Source of the DNA: an uncultured Armatimonadetes bacterium
GTDB lineage: Bacteria; Armatimonadota; Hebobacteria; Hebobacterales; Hebobacteraceae
Direction of reading: 5' to 3'
DNA length: 64,000 bases
Assembly: GCA_963716175.1 (NCBI GenBank)
Contig: OY970296.1
Coordinates: 3,200,001 to 3,264,000, forward strand
This document shows, in pieces, positions 10,172-19,192 of the stretch. The notes beneath the pieces are model-generated. The model did not search any database, had not been told where the DNA came from, and saw only the letters and a list, made by a program, of their open reading frames with translations. How positions within the stretch are numbered: position 1 is the stretch's first letter; every line of letters starts with the position of its first letter. Both the position numbers and the translations under genes were made by a program.

Positions 10172-10525
10172 ATGGCCAGGAGAGAGCACATCGCCTACGT
10201 GCCTTACGCCGAGCTCGCCCGCGCGTTCCGGGAGAGCGGGGGCTGGACCTGCGCGGTGTGTGGGGGCGCCGTGGTGTTCATGGGGTTCGGGCACGAGCCG
10301 CAGCCGCGGGTGCCTCTGTTCGAGTGCACGCGCTGCGGGCGACGCTCTGATGGCTGCCAGACCTTTGAGGGACATCACCTGCTCTACGGTGGTTGTCCCC
10401 TGGCGGACGAAGCGAGCAGCCGATGCGGCTACTGGCTGGGGCAATGGGCGCGTCCCCGCGGCGGGTGCCCAGTGTGTGGCCGGGCGCGGACGCCACCAGA
10501 AACGGCTGCGGCCCGGGGGCATTGA
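10172..10525 (+). CDS. Small multi-CxxC zinc-finger-like protein
   Basis: CAVCG, CTRCG, CPVCG plus three further Cys in 117 aa. Confidence 0.6.
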   Translation: MARREHIAYVPYAELARAFRESGGWTCAVCGGAVVFMGFGHEPQPRVPLFECTRCGRRSDGCQTFEGHHLLYGGCPLADEASSRCGYWLGQWARPRGGCPVCGRARTPPETAAARGH

Positions 10526-10595
10526 CCTCCCCGGGCCGAGCTGGATTCGGTGCGAGAGACCGCCGCTTACGAGGCCTCTCACGGAAGAAGGGCTG

Positions 10596-10754
10596 CTACT
10601 TGCAGCAGGACTCCTTGGTCTCCTTCTTCTCGGTCTCGCAGGTTTCTTTCTTCTCCGTCTCGCAAGACTGCTTGGTTTCCTTCTTCTCGGTCTCGCAGGT
10701 CTCTTTCTTCTCCGTCTCGCAAGTCTGCTTCTTTTCCTTCTCTTCGCATCCCAT
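10596..10754 (-). CDS. 52-aa Cys/Lys/Glu repeat peptide (CETEKKET x4, ends SCCK); not in ORF track
   Basis: RBS AAGGAGAGAG then ATG; MGCEEKEKKQTCETEKKETCETEKKETKQSCETEKKETCETEKKETKESCCK; synonymous variation between repeats. Confidence 0.8.
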   Translation of the reverse strand: MGCEEKEKKQTCETEKKETCETEKKETKQSCETEKKETCETEKKETKESCCK

Positions 10755-10886
10755 TCTGCTCTCTCCTTAGTAAGGTGCTTTGCGCCTGGATTCGCCAGGG
10801 CAGTGGCTTCCTCCTGCTGGACTTTGCCACTCTGGGTACGCTAGCAGCAACACCCCCCGTGGCGCCCGTGGTGCCCGCAGGGGCCC

Positions 10887-10892
10887 ATTATA
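10887..10892 (-). promoter_or_regulatory. Putative -10 box for the Cys-repeat peptide gene
   Basis: TATAAT on minus strand ~130 nt upstream of ATG; -35 weak. Confidence 0.4.
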
Positions 10893-10951
10893 TCTTTGAA
10901 GGCCATCAGGAGCAGACCCACGGCGACTGCCGCGATCGCCCCGACCAGGAG

Positions 10952-11695
10952 CTACCGCCGGCCGCTCTCCCCTCGCTTCCGCTCGCCCTCAATCCGATCC
11001 AGCTCGGCGAAGGTCTTCCTGATGTACTCGACCGTCCTCCGGGTCGCCTCCCGGAGGCTCTGCTCTCCCTGCTCGGCCGAGGCCCTGCTGGGCGCGCCCC
11101 ACAGGCCGGTCGGGCTCACACCCCGAGTCCCGACGTAGTCGAAGAACTCGCGTCCCTGCGAGGGGGCGAAGTCCGGCCTCGCCCGGTCCATCTTCACCAG
11201 CTCCGGACGTAGGTGCATGATGAGGGAGGTCTCGCTCTGGCCTGCGTGCAGTTCGGCGAATTCGCCCTGCTCTACGGTGAACGCGTCGGGTCCGCTCCAG
11301 ATCACCTGCACACCCCTGCGGTCCAGGTTGATCTCCCTTAGTGTGGGCTTGATGATCCAGTTCCCACCGTGCGCCACCAGCAGCACCACCTTGTTGATGC
11401 CATGGTAGTGCAAAGCGCCCACCAGGTCCTCGATCACTGCCGCCAGAGTGGCAGGCCGAAGCCACACCGTGCCGAAGAAATCCATGTGTTCGCGGGCGCA
11501 GCTGAACGGCAGGGCCGGCAGCAGGTAGCAATTCTCCAGCTCCCTTGCCACCCGCTCGCCCAGGGCCTGGGCCACCAGGTAGTCCGTGGCCAGCGGCAGC
11601 TGGTAGCTGTGCTGCTCGATGGAGCCGATGGGAAGGATGGCGATCTGCGGCTTCGCCTGCTCGATCTCGTGAAACGTATTCTCCCAGGTGACCAT
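10952..11695 (-). CDS. Creatininase family protein
   Basis: LPIGSIEQHS..LPLATD, HGGN, HAGQSETS. Confidence 0.9.
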   Translation of the reverse strand: MVTWENTFHEIEQAKPQIAILPIGSIEQHSYQLPLATDYLVAQALGERVARELENCYLLPALPFSCAREHMDFFGTVWLRPATLAAVIEDLVGALHYHGINKVVLLVAHGGNWIIKPTLREINLDRRGVQVIWSGPDAFTVEQGEFAELHAGQSETSLIMHLRPELVKMDRARPDFAPSQGREFFDYVGTRGVSPTGLWGAPSRASAEQGEQSLREATRRTVEYIRKTFAELDRIEGERKRGESGRR

Positions 11696-11844
11696 CTCGC
11701 TGCCTCCTGGCGGGATATTCAGAGCCGGGGGCCGGCGCTCCTGCTGCCGGTCCACCTGAGGGTCGCGTGGCAGCAACTTTGACGAAGGATATGCTAGCTG
11801 CATGTGGCAGTTACATGGTAGGATGGTACTAGGCGGGTAACGGG

Positions 11845-14157
11845 ATGCAGGCCACGGTGCCGACAACTGAAGAGCAGCGGGTTCAGGCCCAGGCGCTGCC
11901 AGCGGATGTCGCGGCTTGGCTGAAAGAGCAACTGCCAGACGAGCAGGTGCGCTTGAGCCAGTACGCGGACCTGCACGGGCCCGGCCACTTTGGCGTCGCC
12001 TGGGTGGCGGCCACTGACAGCTCCCTGGTGGGAATGCGGGAGGATGCGGATGGCCTGAAGCTGCAGGCGCGGGTGCCCCTGGAGCAGATCGAAGCCCTGG
12101 AGCTGCGGGAGTTTGTGGGCAACGGCCGGCTGGAGGCGGTGACCGCCGAGGGCAAGGTCGCCATGGTGCGGTTCACCCGCTCCCTGGCGCGGCCCATGGA
12201 GCAGGTCAGCCGCGAGTTCGCGCGGCTCGCCACTGAGCGCCGGGCCACCGTGGGCAAGCCGGCGGTGGCGCTGACCGGTGATGTGGGCGAGCGGACCGCG
12301 GCGCGGTGTGCCATCTGCGGGCGCGTGCTCAGCCAGGAGGGGGTCTGTTCCCAGTGCTTGGACCGGCAGCAGCTGGCCTGGCGCATGCTGAACTTCATCC
12401 GGCCCTACAGCTTTCAGGCGATCATGGGCCTGGTGCTGGCCGGGGCCGCCACCTTCGTCTCCTTGCTGCCTCCCTGGTTCACGAAGACCCTGATAGATGA
12501 TGTCCTGATCAAGGGCCAGGGCCAACTGCTGGGCCCCATCACGGCCTGGCTGGCGGTCATTTATATCTTCCGCTCGGCGCTGAGCTATGCCCGCTCCTAT
12601 CTGCTGGCCTGGCTGGGCCAGCGAGTGGTGGCCGATGTGCGGTCCCGCACTTACCGCCACCTGCAGCAGCTCTCGGTTGGCTTCTACGAGCGCCGCCAGA
12701 CCGGTCAGCTGATGTCTCGCTTGACCCACGACACCGGCCACATCCAGGATTTCGTGGCCGACTACATGCAAGAGATCGTGGTGCAGTCATTCACCGTCAT
12801 CATCATCATGGCCATCCTGCTGTGGCAGTCGCCCATGCTCACCCTGTTCGCGCTCCTCCCGGTGCCTCTGATCGTGCTCACCACCACCATGATCCGGCAG
12901 CGCGTCCGCCGCTACTACCGGAGCGTGCGCCGGCGCATGGGCGGAATGCAGGCCGTGCTCGCCGACGCCATCCCGGGGGTGCGGGTGGTGAAGGCCTTCG
13001 CCCAGGAAGATCGGGAGAGCGAGCGGTTCGACGTCCGCAACGAGGGCTACACCCAGACCAGCATCAGCGCCGCCCGGCTGCGCAGCGGGTTCATGGCGAT
13101 CGTGGCCCTGATCACCTCCCTGGGCTCTCTCCTGGTGTGGTACTTCGGCGGGACGATGAGCCTTCAGGGGACGCTCACGGTCGGCACCATCGTGCTCTTC
13201 ACCAGCTATATCTGGCAGCTCTACGGGCCCATCGGGCAGATCAGCAACATGTACGAGCGCTTCCAGTTCGCCGCCACCGCGGCCGAGCGCGTGTTCGAGG
13301 TGCTCGACACCCAGTCCGAGCTAGAGCAGACCGGCCAGCGCCGCTCCGCCTCCGGGCTGGAAGGAGCGATCCGGTTCGACCGCGTTTCCTTTAGCTATGA
13401 GGACGGCGCCCCGGTATTGTCCGACATCTGCCTGGACGTGGCGCCGGGAGAGATGATCGGGCTGGTGGGCCGGACCGGCGTGGGCAAGACCACCATCATC
13501 AACCTGCTCTGCCGGTTCTATGATCCCGACCGGGGCGTGATCTATGTGGACGGCCAGGATCTGCGCGATTACGACCTCCGCTCCTGGCGCAGCCAGATCG
13601 GGATGGTGCTGCAAGAGCCCTTCCTCTTCCACGGCAGCATCGCCGACAACATCGCCTATGGGCGGTCGGATGCCAGCGAGCGGGAGATCATCGCTGCCGC
13701 CAGGGCGGCGAACGCACACGAGTTCATCATGGGGCTGGCCGACGCCTATGACACCCAGGTCGGGGAGCGGGGAGTGCGCCTCTCCGGGGGAGAGCGCCAG
13801 CGGATTTCCATTGCCCGCGCCATCCTGCACAACCCGCGGCTCTTGATCTTCGACGAGGCCACCTCCTCGGTTGACACCGAGACCGAGATGCTGATCCAGA
13901 CCGCGATCCAGCGCCTGGTGGCAGACCGGACCACCTTCGCCATCGCCCATCGGCTGTCCACGCTGCGGCATGCCCACCGCATTGTGGTGTTGGAGGAAGG
14001 CCGGGTGGCCGAGGTGGGCACGCACGATCAGCTGATGGCGCAGTCGGGGACCTATGCCCGGCTGGTGGAGGCCCAGAGCCGGATGGCCGCCCACGGCGTG
14101 CCGGTGGAGAACGAGGATCACGAGGCCGAGACGGACAACGGCGAGTACGGTGTGTGA
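11845..14157 (+). CDS. ABC exporter (TMD+NBD) with N-terminal extension and Zn-ribbon
   Basis: [25 protein letters not shown]; CAICG..CSQC before TMD. Confidence 0.92.
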   Translation: MQATVPTTEEQRVQAQALPADVAAWLKEQLPDEQVRLSQYADLHGPGHFGVAWVAATDSSLVGMREDADGLKLQARVPLEQIEALELREFVGNGRLEAVTAEGKVAMVRFTRSLARPMEQVSREFARLATERRATVGKPAVALTGDVGERTAARCAICGRVLSQEGVCSQCLDRQQLAWRMLNFIRPYSFQAIMGLVLAGAATFVSLLPPWFTKTLIDDVLIKGQGQLLGPITAWLAVIYIFRSALSYARSYLLAWLGQRVVADVRSRTYRHLQQLSVGFYERRQTGQLMSRLTHDTGHIQDFVADYMQEIVVQSFTVIIIMAILLWQSPMLTLFALLPVPLIVLTTTMIRQRVRRYYRSVRRRMGGMQAVLADAIPGVRVVKAFAQEDRESERFDVRNEGYTQTSISAARLRSGFMAIVALITSLGSLLVWYFGGTMSLQGTLTVGTIVLFTSYIWQLYGPIGQISNMYERFQFAATAAERVFEVLDTQSELEQTGQRRSASGLEGAIRFDRVSFSYEDGAPVLSDICLDVAPGEMIGLVGRTGVGKTTIINLLCRFYDPDRGVIYVDGQDLRDYDLRSWRSQIGMVLQEPFLFHGSIADNIAYGRSDASEREIIAAARAANAHEFIMGLADAYDTQVGERGVRLSGGERQRISIARAILHNPRLLIFDEATSSVDTETEMLIQTAIQRLVADRTTFAIAHRLSTLRHAHRIVVLEEGRVAEVGTHDQLMAQSGTYARLVEAQSRMAAHGVPVENEDHEAETDNGEYGV

Positions 14158-14684
14158 TGGCACCGGACACTGAATTCGAGTTCGGCCGTACGGTGCGTGA
14201 GGTGCCAGTGCTGGACCCCGGCAGCGTGAAAGCGCGGCTGGACCAGCAGGGCCGGGTGCGGCTGACCTTGCGGGAGGCCGAAGAGCATGTCAACGTGCGC
14301 GTGGTGCCGGCCTTCCCCATCACCCGGCCCGATCATTTCATCTACTTCCAGGACGAATCCGGCAAGGAGCTGGGCCTGCTGGTGGAGCCGCGCCGCCTGG
14401 ACCGGGAGTCGCGGGATCTGATTCTGGCGCAAGCGGACCAGGCCTACTTCATGCCCCGCATCACCCGCATCATCCGGGTGGACGAGCAGGCAGGCGTGGC
14501 GACCTGGGAAGTGGAGACCGACCGCGGCTGGAGCCGGTTCGAGACGGTGCCCCGGGGCGAGTCCACCTGGTTTGTGGGCCGCGACCGGGTGCTGATCCGG
14601 GACGTGGACGGCAACCGCTATCTGATCGAGGAGCTGGGTAAGCTCGATCTGCGCAGCCGCCGCTGGGCCGAGCTCTACCTCTAA
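14157..14684 (+). CDS. DUF1854-like protein
   Basis: AFPITRP..YFMPRITRI..WEVETDRG..DVDGNRY; coupled to ABC exporter. Confidence 0.8.
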   Translation: MAPDTEFEFGRTVREVPVLDPGSVKARLDQQGRVRLTLREAEEHVNVRVVPAFPITRPDHFIYFQDESGKELGLLVEPRRLDRESRDLILAQADQAYFMPRITRIIRVDEQAGVATWEVETDRGWSRFETVPRGESTWFVGRDRVLIRDVDGNRYLIEELGKLDLRSRRWAELYL

Positions 14685-14777
14685 TGGCGTTCGCACAAAG
14701 AAGTAATGTGCGAACGCCGCTCTGGGCCCGTCTGAGCAGTTGCCTGAGCTTCGCCCGCTTGCTTCTTTGAGCGAAGC

Positions 14778-15662
14778 TCAGTAGCTGCGTCTGCGCAGCA
14801 GACTCTCCAGCACCGGCTTGATCTTCCCCCACTCGCTGGACCGCGCATAGCTGACCGGCACTCCGTCATCCGTTAGCCGCAGCCGACCGGACGCATCCAT
14901 GGCCACCCGCAGCTCATCGAAGAGGAACGCCTCCGGCGCCACCAGCGACAGCAGCGTGATGGCATCGAACAGCGTGAGCGGAGCCTCCTCCCGCACCGTC
15001 CCTCCCCGGTTGCGGTATTCCCGGTAGCAGTCGAGCAAAAAGGCCGAGGCTGGGTCCGCCGGGTTCAGCAATGCTTCCACCTCCGGCCTGGTCAGGATGT
15101 CGCTGCACGCCTCCAGCCCCACCAGCTTCGGGTTAGTCCTCTGGAAAACCAGCTTCGCCCCTACCGGGTCGCACCAGATATTGTACTCCGGCGCATTGCG
15201 CTCCGGATCCCCTTCCAGGCGGCCGGCCATGCACGTCACCGATCGCCAGCAGCTCGCGATCCCCGGATCGCTGGCAAGCATGCGGCCGATGTTGGTCAGG
15301 GGCCCGATGGTGATCAGATCGAACTCCTCCGCCACCCTCATCGCGGCGGCGATCGAGCTGGCGCGAAGCTCATCGTGCTCTGCTGAGAGGCGAGCCAGAT
15401 GGACCGGCGCCAGCGTCTCATAGGAGGGCAGCTCCTCGGGAGGAGCCTGGCCGCCCAGGGGGGTGATCGCCCCCGCGAGCACCGGCAGATCCAGCCCCGC
15501 TCGGCTCAGCAGCTCCTGCGCCAGCCACTGCCGCGCCTCTACCCGGCCATAGACCGTGGAGACTCCTACCACCTCGATCTCGGGGTGCCGGGCCGCGCAC
15601 AGCAGCGCCACCGCGTCATCTATGTCTGAGCCGATGTCAGTGTCAATCCACACCTTGCGCAT
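14778..15662 (-). CDS. Nucleoside hydrolase (IU-NH family)
   Basis: IDTDIGSDIDD, IGPLTN, EYNIWCDP. Confidence 0.9.
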   Translation of the reverse strand: MRKVWIDTDIGSDIDDAVALLCAARHPEIEVVGVSTVYGRVEARQWLAQELLSRAGLDLPVLAGAITPLGGQAPPEELPSYETLAPVHLARLSAEHDELRASSIAAAMRVAEEFDLITIGPLTNIGRMLASDPGIASCWRSVTCMAGRLEGDPERNAPEYNIWCDPVGAKLVFQRTNPKLVGLEACSDILTRPEVEALLNPADPASAFLLDCYREYRNRGGTVREEAPLTLFDAITLLSLVAPEAFLFDELRVAMDASGRLRLTDDGVPVSYARSSEWGKIKPVLESLLRRRSY

Positions 15663-15863
15663 CTCGCTTACCCTTTCTTGCCCGCCTCCGGCGGGCCCGG
15701 CGGTTCGTCTGCTCTTGCTGCAGGCCGCGCCAGAACGCAACAGGCCCCGGTTGTGTCCCCTCCTGCCGGCGCCAACCTGGGCCTATCGCGAGGTTCGCTC
15801 CTTCCGCTAGGATTCCTCGGCCGGCGAGAGGACCGGCAGCCAGCAAGGGCTAAAACTCCGCAC

Positions 15864-16925
15864 ATGGGACGATCACCAGCACCAAGCATCATCATCACCG
15901 GGGGCGCGGGCTTCCTGGGCTGCCATCTTGCCGCCGGTCTGGCCGGGCGCGCCGGGAGGCTGACCCTGATAGACGTGGCCCCCTTTGTCGCCGACGAATA
16001 CCCGCCCGGGGCCGAGCTGGTGCAGGCCGACGTGCGCGACGCGGCCGCCCTGGGCCAGGTCGTGGCCGCACATCCCTGCGATGTCGTCATACACGCCGCC
16101 GCCGCGCTGCCTCTGTGGACGCGCGAGGACATCTTCGGGGTGAATGTGGAGGGCACGCGGAATGTGCTCGCGGCGGCCCTCGCCTATGGGGTGAAGCGCG
16201 TGGTTTTCATCTCCTCTACTGCGGTCTACGGTGTCCCCAAGAAGCACCCGATTGAGGAGGACGATCCCCTGATCGGCGTCGGGCCCTATGGGGAGAGCAA
16301 GATCCAGGCGGAGCGGCTTTGCGAGGAGTATCGCATCAAGGGCTTGTGCGTGCCGATCATCCGCCCAAAGACCTTCATCGGCACCGGGCGGCTGGGGGTG
16401 TTCGCCATCCTCTACGACTGGGTGAAGAGCGGCGTCCGCATCCCGGTCATTGGTTCGGGGAAGAACCGTTATCAACTGCTGGAGGTGGAGGACCTGGTAG
16501 AGGCGATCTGGCTCGCCTGCGCCGCGCCCGCGGAGAAAGCGAACGTCGCCTTCAACGTCGGGGCGAAGCGGTTCGGCACCGTCCAGGAGGACGTGGGCGC
16601 GCTCTGCCAGTACGCGGGCAGCGGCGCGCGGGTGATGGCGACCCCGGCCTGGCTGGTGAAAGCGCTGCTGCGGTTCTTCGAGTTGGTCAAGCTGTCGCCG
16701 CTCTACAAGTGGGTCTATGGCACCGCCGACAAGGACTCGTTTGTCTCCAGCGAGCGCATCGAGCGGGCGCTGGGCTGGTCGCCGCGTTACAGCAATGCAG
16801 AAGCCCTGATCCGGTCCTATCAGTGGTACCTAGACCACTACACCGAGGTGGAGCAGGCCGTCGGCATCACCCACCGGGTGGCCTGGAAGCAGGGCGTGCT
16901 CAAGCTGTTGAAACGCCTGCTCTGA
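15864..16925 (+). CDS. NAD-dependent epimerase/dehydratase; last codons supplied by the integrated element
   Basis: ITGGAGFLG, YGESK (YxxxK); attL at 16908-16909. Confidence 0.92.
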   Translation: MGRSPAPSIIITGGAGFLGCHLAAGLAGRAGRLTLIDVAPFVADEYPPGAELVQADVRDAAALGQVVAAHPCDVVIHAAAALPLWTREDIFGVNVEGTRNVLAAALAYGVKRVVFISSTAVYGVPKKHPIEEDDPLIGVGPYGESKIQAERLCEEYRIKGLCVPIIRPKTFIGTGRLGVFAILYDWVKSGVRIPVIGSGKNRYQLLEVEDLVEAIWLACAAPAEKANVAFNVGAKRFGTVQEDVGALCQYAGSGARVMATPAWLVKALLRFFELVKLSPLYKWVYGTADKDSFVSSERIERALGWSPRYSNAEALIRSYQWYLDHYTEVEQAVGITHRVAWKQGVLKLLKRLL

Positions 16926-16932
16926 TTGGCAG
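16889..16932. other. attL (host arm + TT core 16908-16909 + element arm)
   Basis: gcagggcgtgctcaagctg-TT-gaaacgcctgctctgattggcag. Confidence 0.8.
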
Positions 16933-18462
16933 GGCGTTTTTGCCCCTCAGGTCCTTTCCAGCCCATGCTATCTCGATCTCATACTTCCGGTCCTTCGACG
17001 GGGCGCGCCAGTTGTCGCAGGCCACCGTCACCTTGAAATCAAGCTCTTGGAGAAGCCACCTCTTCTCTGGTAGTGTCATCGTGTCGAGTCGCCCGGCCAG
17101 GCCAGTGACTCTCTCGGCGACGGCGGCGGCGACCCGCTCCCGCAGCTCCGCGTCCTCGATCAAGGGCTCGATCTCTGCCAGGCGTGCCGCCCACTCCTCC
17201 TTGTCCTCCTCGATGTCCTTGCGGTGCGCAGCCAGCTCCGCAGCCGTGATCTCCTCGCCAGCACGCATCCGAATGTAGCGGTCAAGCTTCGCGTCCAGTT
17301 CCTTGAGCCTCCGCCTCAGCCGCTCGCGCTCCTCGCGGTACTCCGGCACCTTCCGGTCCTGCGTCCGCGCCATGTAGACCGCGGCCATCCTCGGGTCCGC
17401 CACCAGCTCCTCGATCAGGCCCCACACCTTCGCGTCGATGGGCGCCGCCGGCACGTAGCGCTCACGACAGGGCCTGCCCACGTTCGCCTTCCTCTGACAG
17501 CAGGAGTAGTAGCCCAACAGGGGCGCCTCCTGCACCATGCGGCCGAACATCTTCGACCCGCACTCCGCGCAGTGAATCACGCCGCCCAGCAGGAAGTTGT
17601 GCAGGAGCTTGCGCCGCGATCTGTGCTTGTGATAGCGGAGAGCCTTCTGCGCTTTCGCCCAGGTGGCCTCGCTCACCGCCGCCCCTGGTGTCAGGTCGGC
17701 CCGGGCGAAGCAGGCCTCCTCAACCTCCGGCGCCGATATGCGCCACTCGCCCTTGTACCGCGGATCCCTCAGCAGTTCTCGCACCACTGAGGGCCTCCAC
17801 GGCCGATGCGTCCTGGCGAACAGCCGGCGCCCGTTCAGCTCGTCACTGATCTCGCGCGTACCCTTGCCCCGGCAGGACAGGTCGAAGATCAGCCGCACCG
17901 TCGCCAGCTCCTCTTCGCAGGCCGCCGGGCGGCCGCACACCCCCCGCCGCTCGCCCCGCTGCCAGCGATACCCGAACGGTTCCTGCCACACCGAGAACTC
18001 GCCCCGTGCCGCCCTGCCCTGCTTGCCGGTCTTGGTGCGCCGGTAGATGTCGTCGGCCTCCCGCTGCGCCTTCCATGAGCCGATCATGGACACCAGCACG
18101 TCAATGTCGTCGCCGAAGTCCACGTCGCCCCGCGGGGTATGCACCCGAACCCCGGCCGCCTTCAGCCGCGCCGCGATCATCGGCCATACAAGCTGATTCC
18201 TGGCGAGCCGGTCCTGGTCATAGACGACGAGGTGCTTGAACCGTCCGGCCTCCGCGTCGTCCAGCAGTCGGCGCAGCGCCGGCCTGTTGCTGAGGTCATC
18301 CTTGCGCGCGGACTTACCGGCGTCCTCGTAGACCTCACTTAGCGGCCAGCCTGCCCGCTTGCAGACCTCGCGCCCCTGCCGGTCTTGCTCCGGCAAGCTC
18401 ACCGCGTCGAGCGTCGCCTGGCCTTGTGAGCTTACTCTGGTGTAAATCGCTGCCTTCGTCAT
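16900..18462 (-). CDS. Large serine recombinase (integrase)
   Basis: AIYTRVSS catalytic Ser, RPALRRLL, DRLAR, PFGY, Zn ribbon CAECG..C, coiled coil. Confidence 0.95.
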   Translation of the reverse strand: MTKAAIYTRVSSQGQATLDAVSLPEQDRQGREVCKRAGWPLSEVYEDAGKSARKDDLSNRPALRRLLDDAEAGRFKHLVVYDQDRLARNQLVWPMIAARLKAAGVRVHTPRGDVDFGDDIDVLVSMIGSWKAQREADDIYRRTKTGKQGRAARGEFSVWQEPFGYRWQRGERRGVCGRPAACEEELATVRLIFDLSCRGKGTREISDELNGRRLFARTHRPWRPSVVRELLRDPRYKGEWRISAPEVEEACFARADLTPGAAVSEATWAKAQKALRYHKHRSRRKLLHNFLLGGVIHCAECGSKMFGRMVQEAPLLGYYSCCQRKANVGRPCRERYVPAAPIDAKVWGLIEELVADPRMAAVYMARTQDRKVPEYREERERLRRRLKELDAKLDRYIRMRAGEEITAAELAAHRKDIEEDKEEWAARLAEIEPLIEDAELRERVAAAVAERVTGLAGRLDTMTLPEKRWLLQELDFKVTVACDNWRAPSKDRKYEIEIAWAGKDLRGKNALPIRAGVSTA

Positions 18463-18713
18463 CTATGCCCCTCCTGTCTGGGCCGGCGGCCAGCCGGTGA
18501 GGGGGTGTGCCGGCCAGCCGCGCGGCCCGATGTGATCGCGGTTCACCGGGCAGGGCGGCCTCCCGAGAGTGAGGGTCAAAGGGCCCCTCGGAAAGCGCAA
18601 GCCCCGCCCGGCAGACACCGCGTCAGGTGGTAAGGCCAGACGTAGTGCAACACGGACGGGGCGAATAGGTTCTCTACCAGAGTATGGTGTCTGCACCGTC
18701 TGACCTTACCGCC
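18463..18713 (-). ncRNA. Structured 5' leader RNA of the integrase gene (c4/CI-like antisense architecture, putative)
   Basis: ~27-bp imperfect stem 18626-18653/18687-18713; two 9-10 nt segments complementary to contiguous target 18601-18619; further stems with G-U pairs on the minus strand. Confidence 0.55.
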
Positions 18714-18716
18714 CCG

Positions 18717-18745
18717 ATTCTAAGCCACCAGGCCCGATCTGTCAA
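18717..18745 (-). promoter_or_regulatory. Sigma70-type promoter upstream of integrase leader
   Basis: TTGACA-N17-TAGAAT. Confidence 0.8.
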
Positions 18746-19192
18746 GCACGAAAACCGCCCAATCCACCTGCACCTCCACCCCATGCCCAGCACGAACCGC
18801 CCCGCACATCGCCACCTGCGAGGCCATTTCCGGCCGAACGTCCAGAATCGCCCAGGAATCGGCTTTGCCGGGGCCGCACCCACCACCCATGCCAGGCGCT
18901 AATCGCCTGCCCTGCCGCCACCAGTGCAGCCAGGGCAGGCCTTGTGGCGGCCTCGCGCCTCCAAGCAGGGAGGGCCGCCGCCTCCAGACAGACGGCGGCC
19001 CTCAACCCGGCGGCGCCGCCCCCGACGTCGGGGAAAAGTCGAGCCCGCTCCCGCGATCCCACGGGAGAAGGGCGGCGCCACTGATGCCGCCTCGGCGGAT
19101 CAGACCGCGGCTGCCAAAGTCAAGTCAGGTGGGGCCGGCCTGCCACCGGCGCGACCGGCCCCCGGCCTCTGGCTCGCAGGCGCGGCCGAGGC

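Noticed and set aside
10579-10830. 83-aa ORF-track call over the repeat region
   Set aside because: The alternative frame 10596..10754 has the RBS-linked ATG and its repeat variation is synonymous
10760-10835. c-di-GMP-I riboswitch (GGCAAA..GCGCAAAGC..CTAAGG resemblance)
   Set aside because: No GNRA-capped P2 at the right spacing and no room for P3; kept only as a structured leader pending an Infernal search
16898-16899. Alternative crossover at GC (16898-16899 / 25398-25399)
   Set aside because: Leaves the restored host gene out of frame and gives much weaker attP symmetry than the TT core
18463-18696. 77-aa leader ORF abutting the integrase start
   Set aside because: No clear RBS and Pro/Arg/Gly-rich composition explained by structured GC-rich RNA; a translational coupling role cannot be excluded
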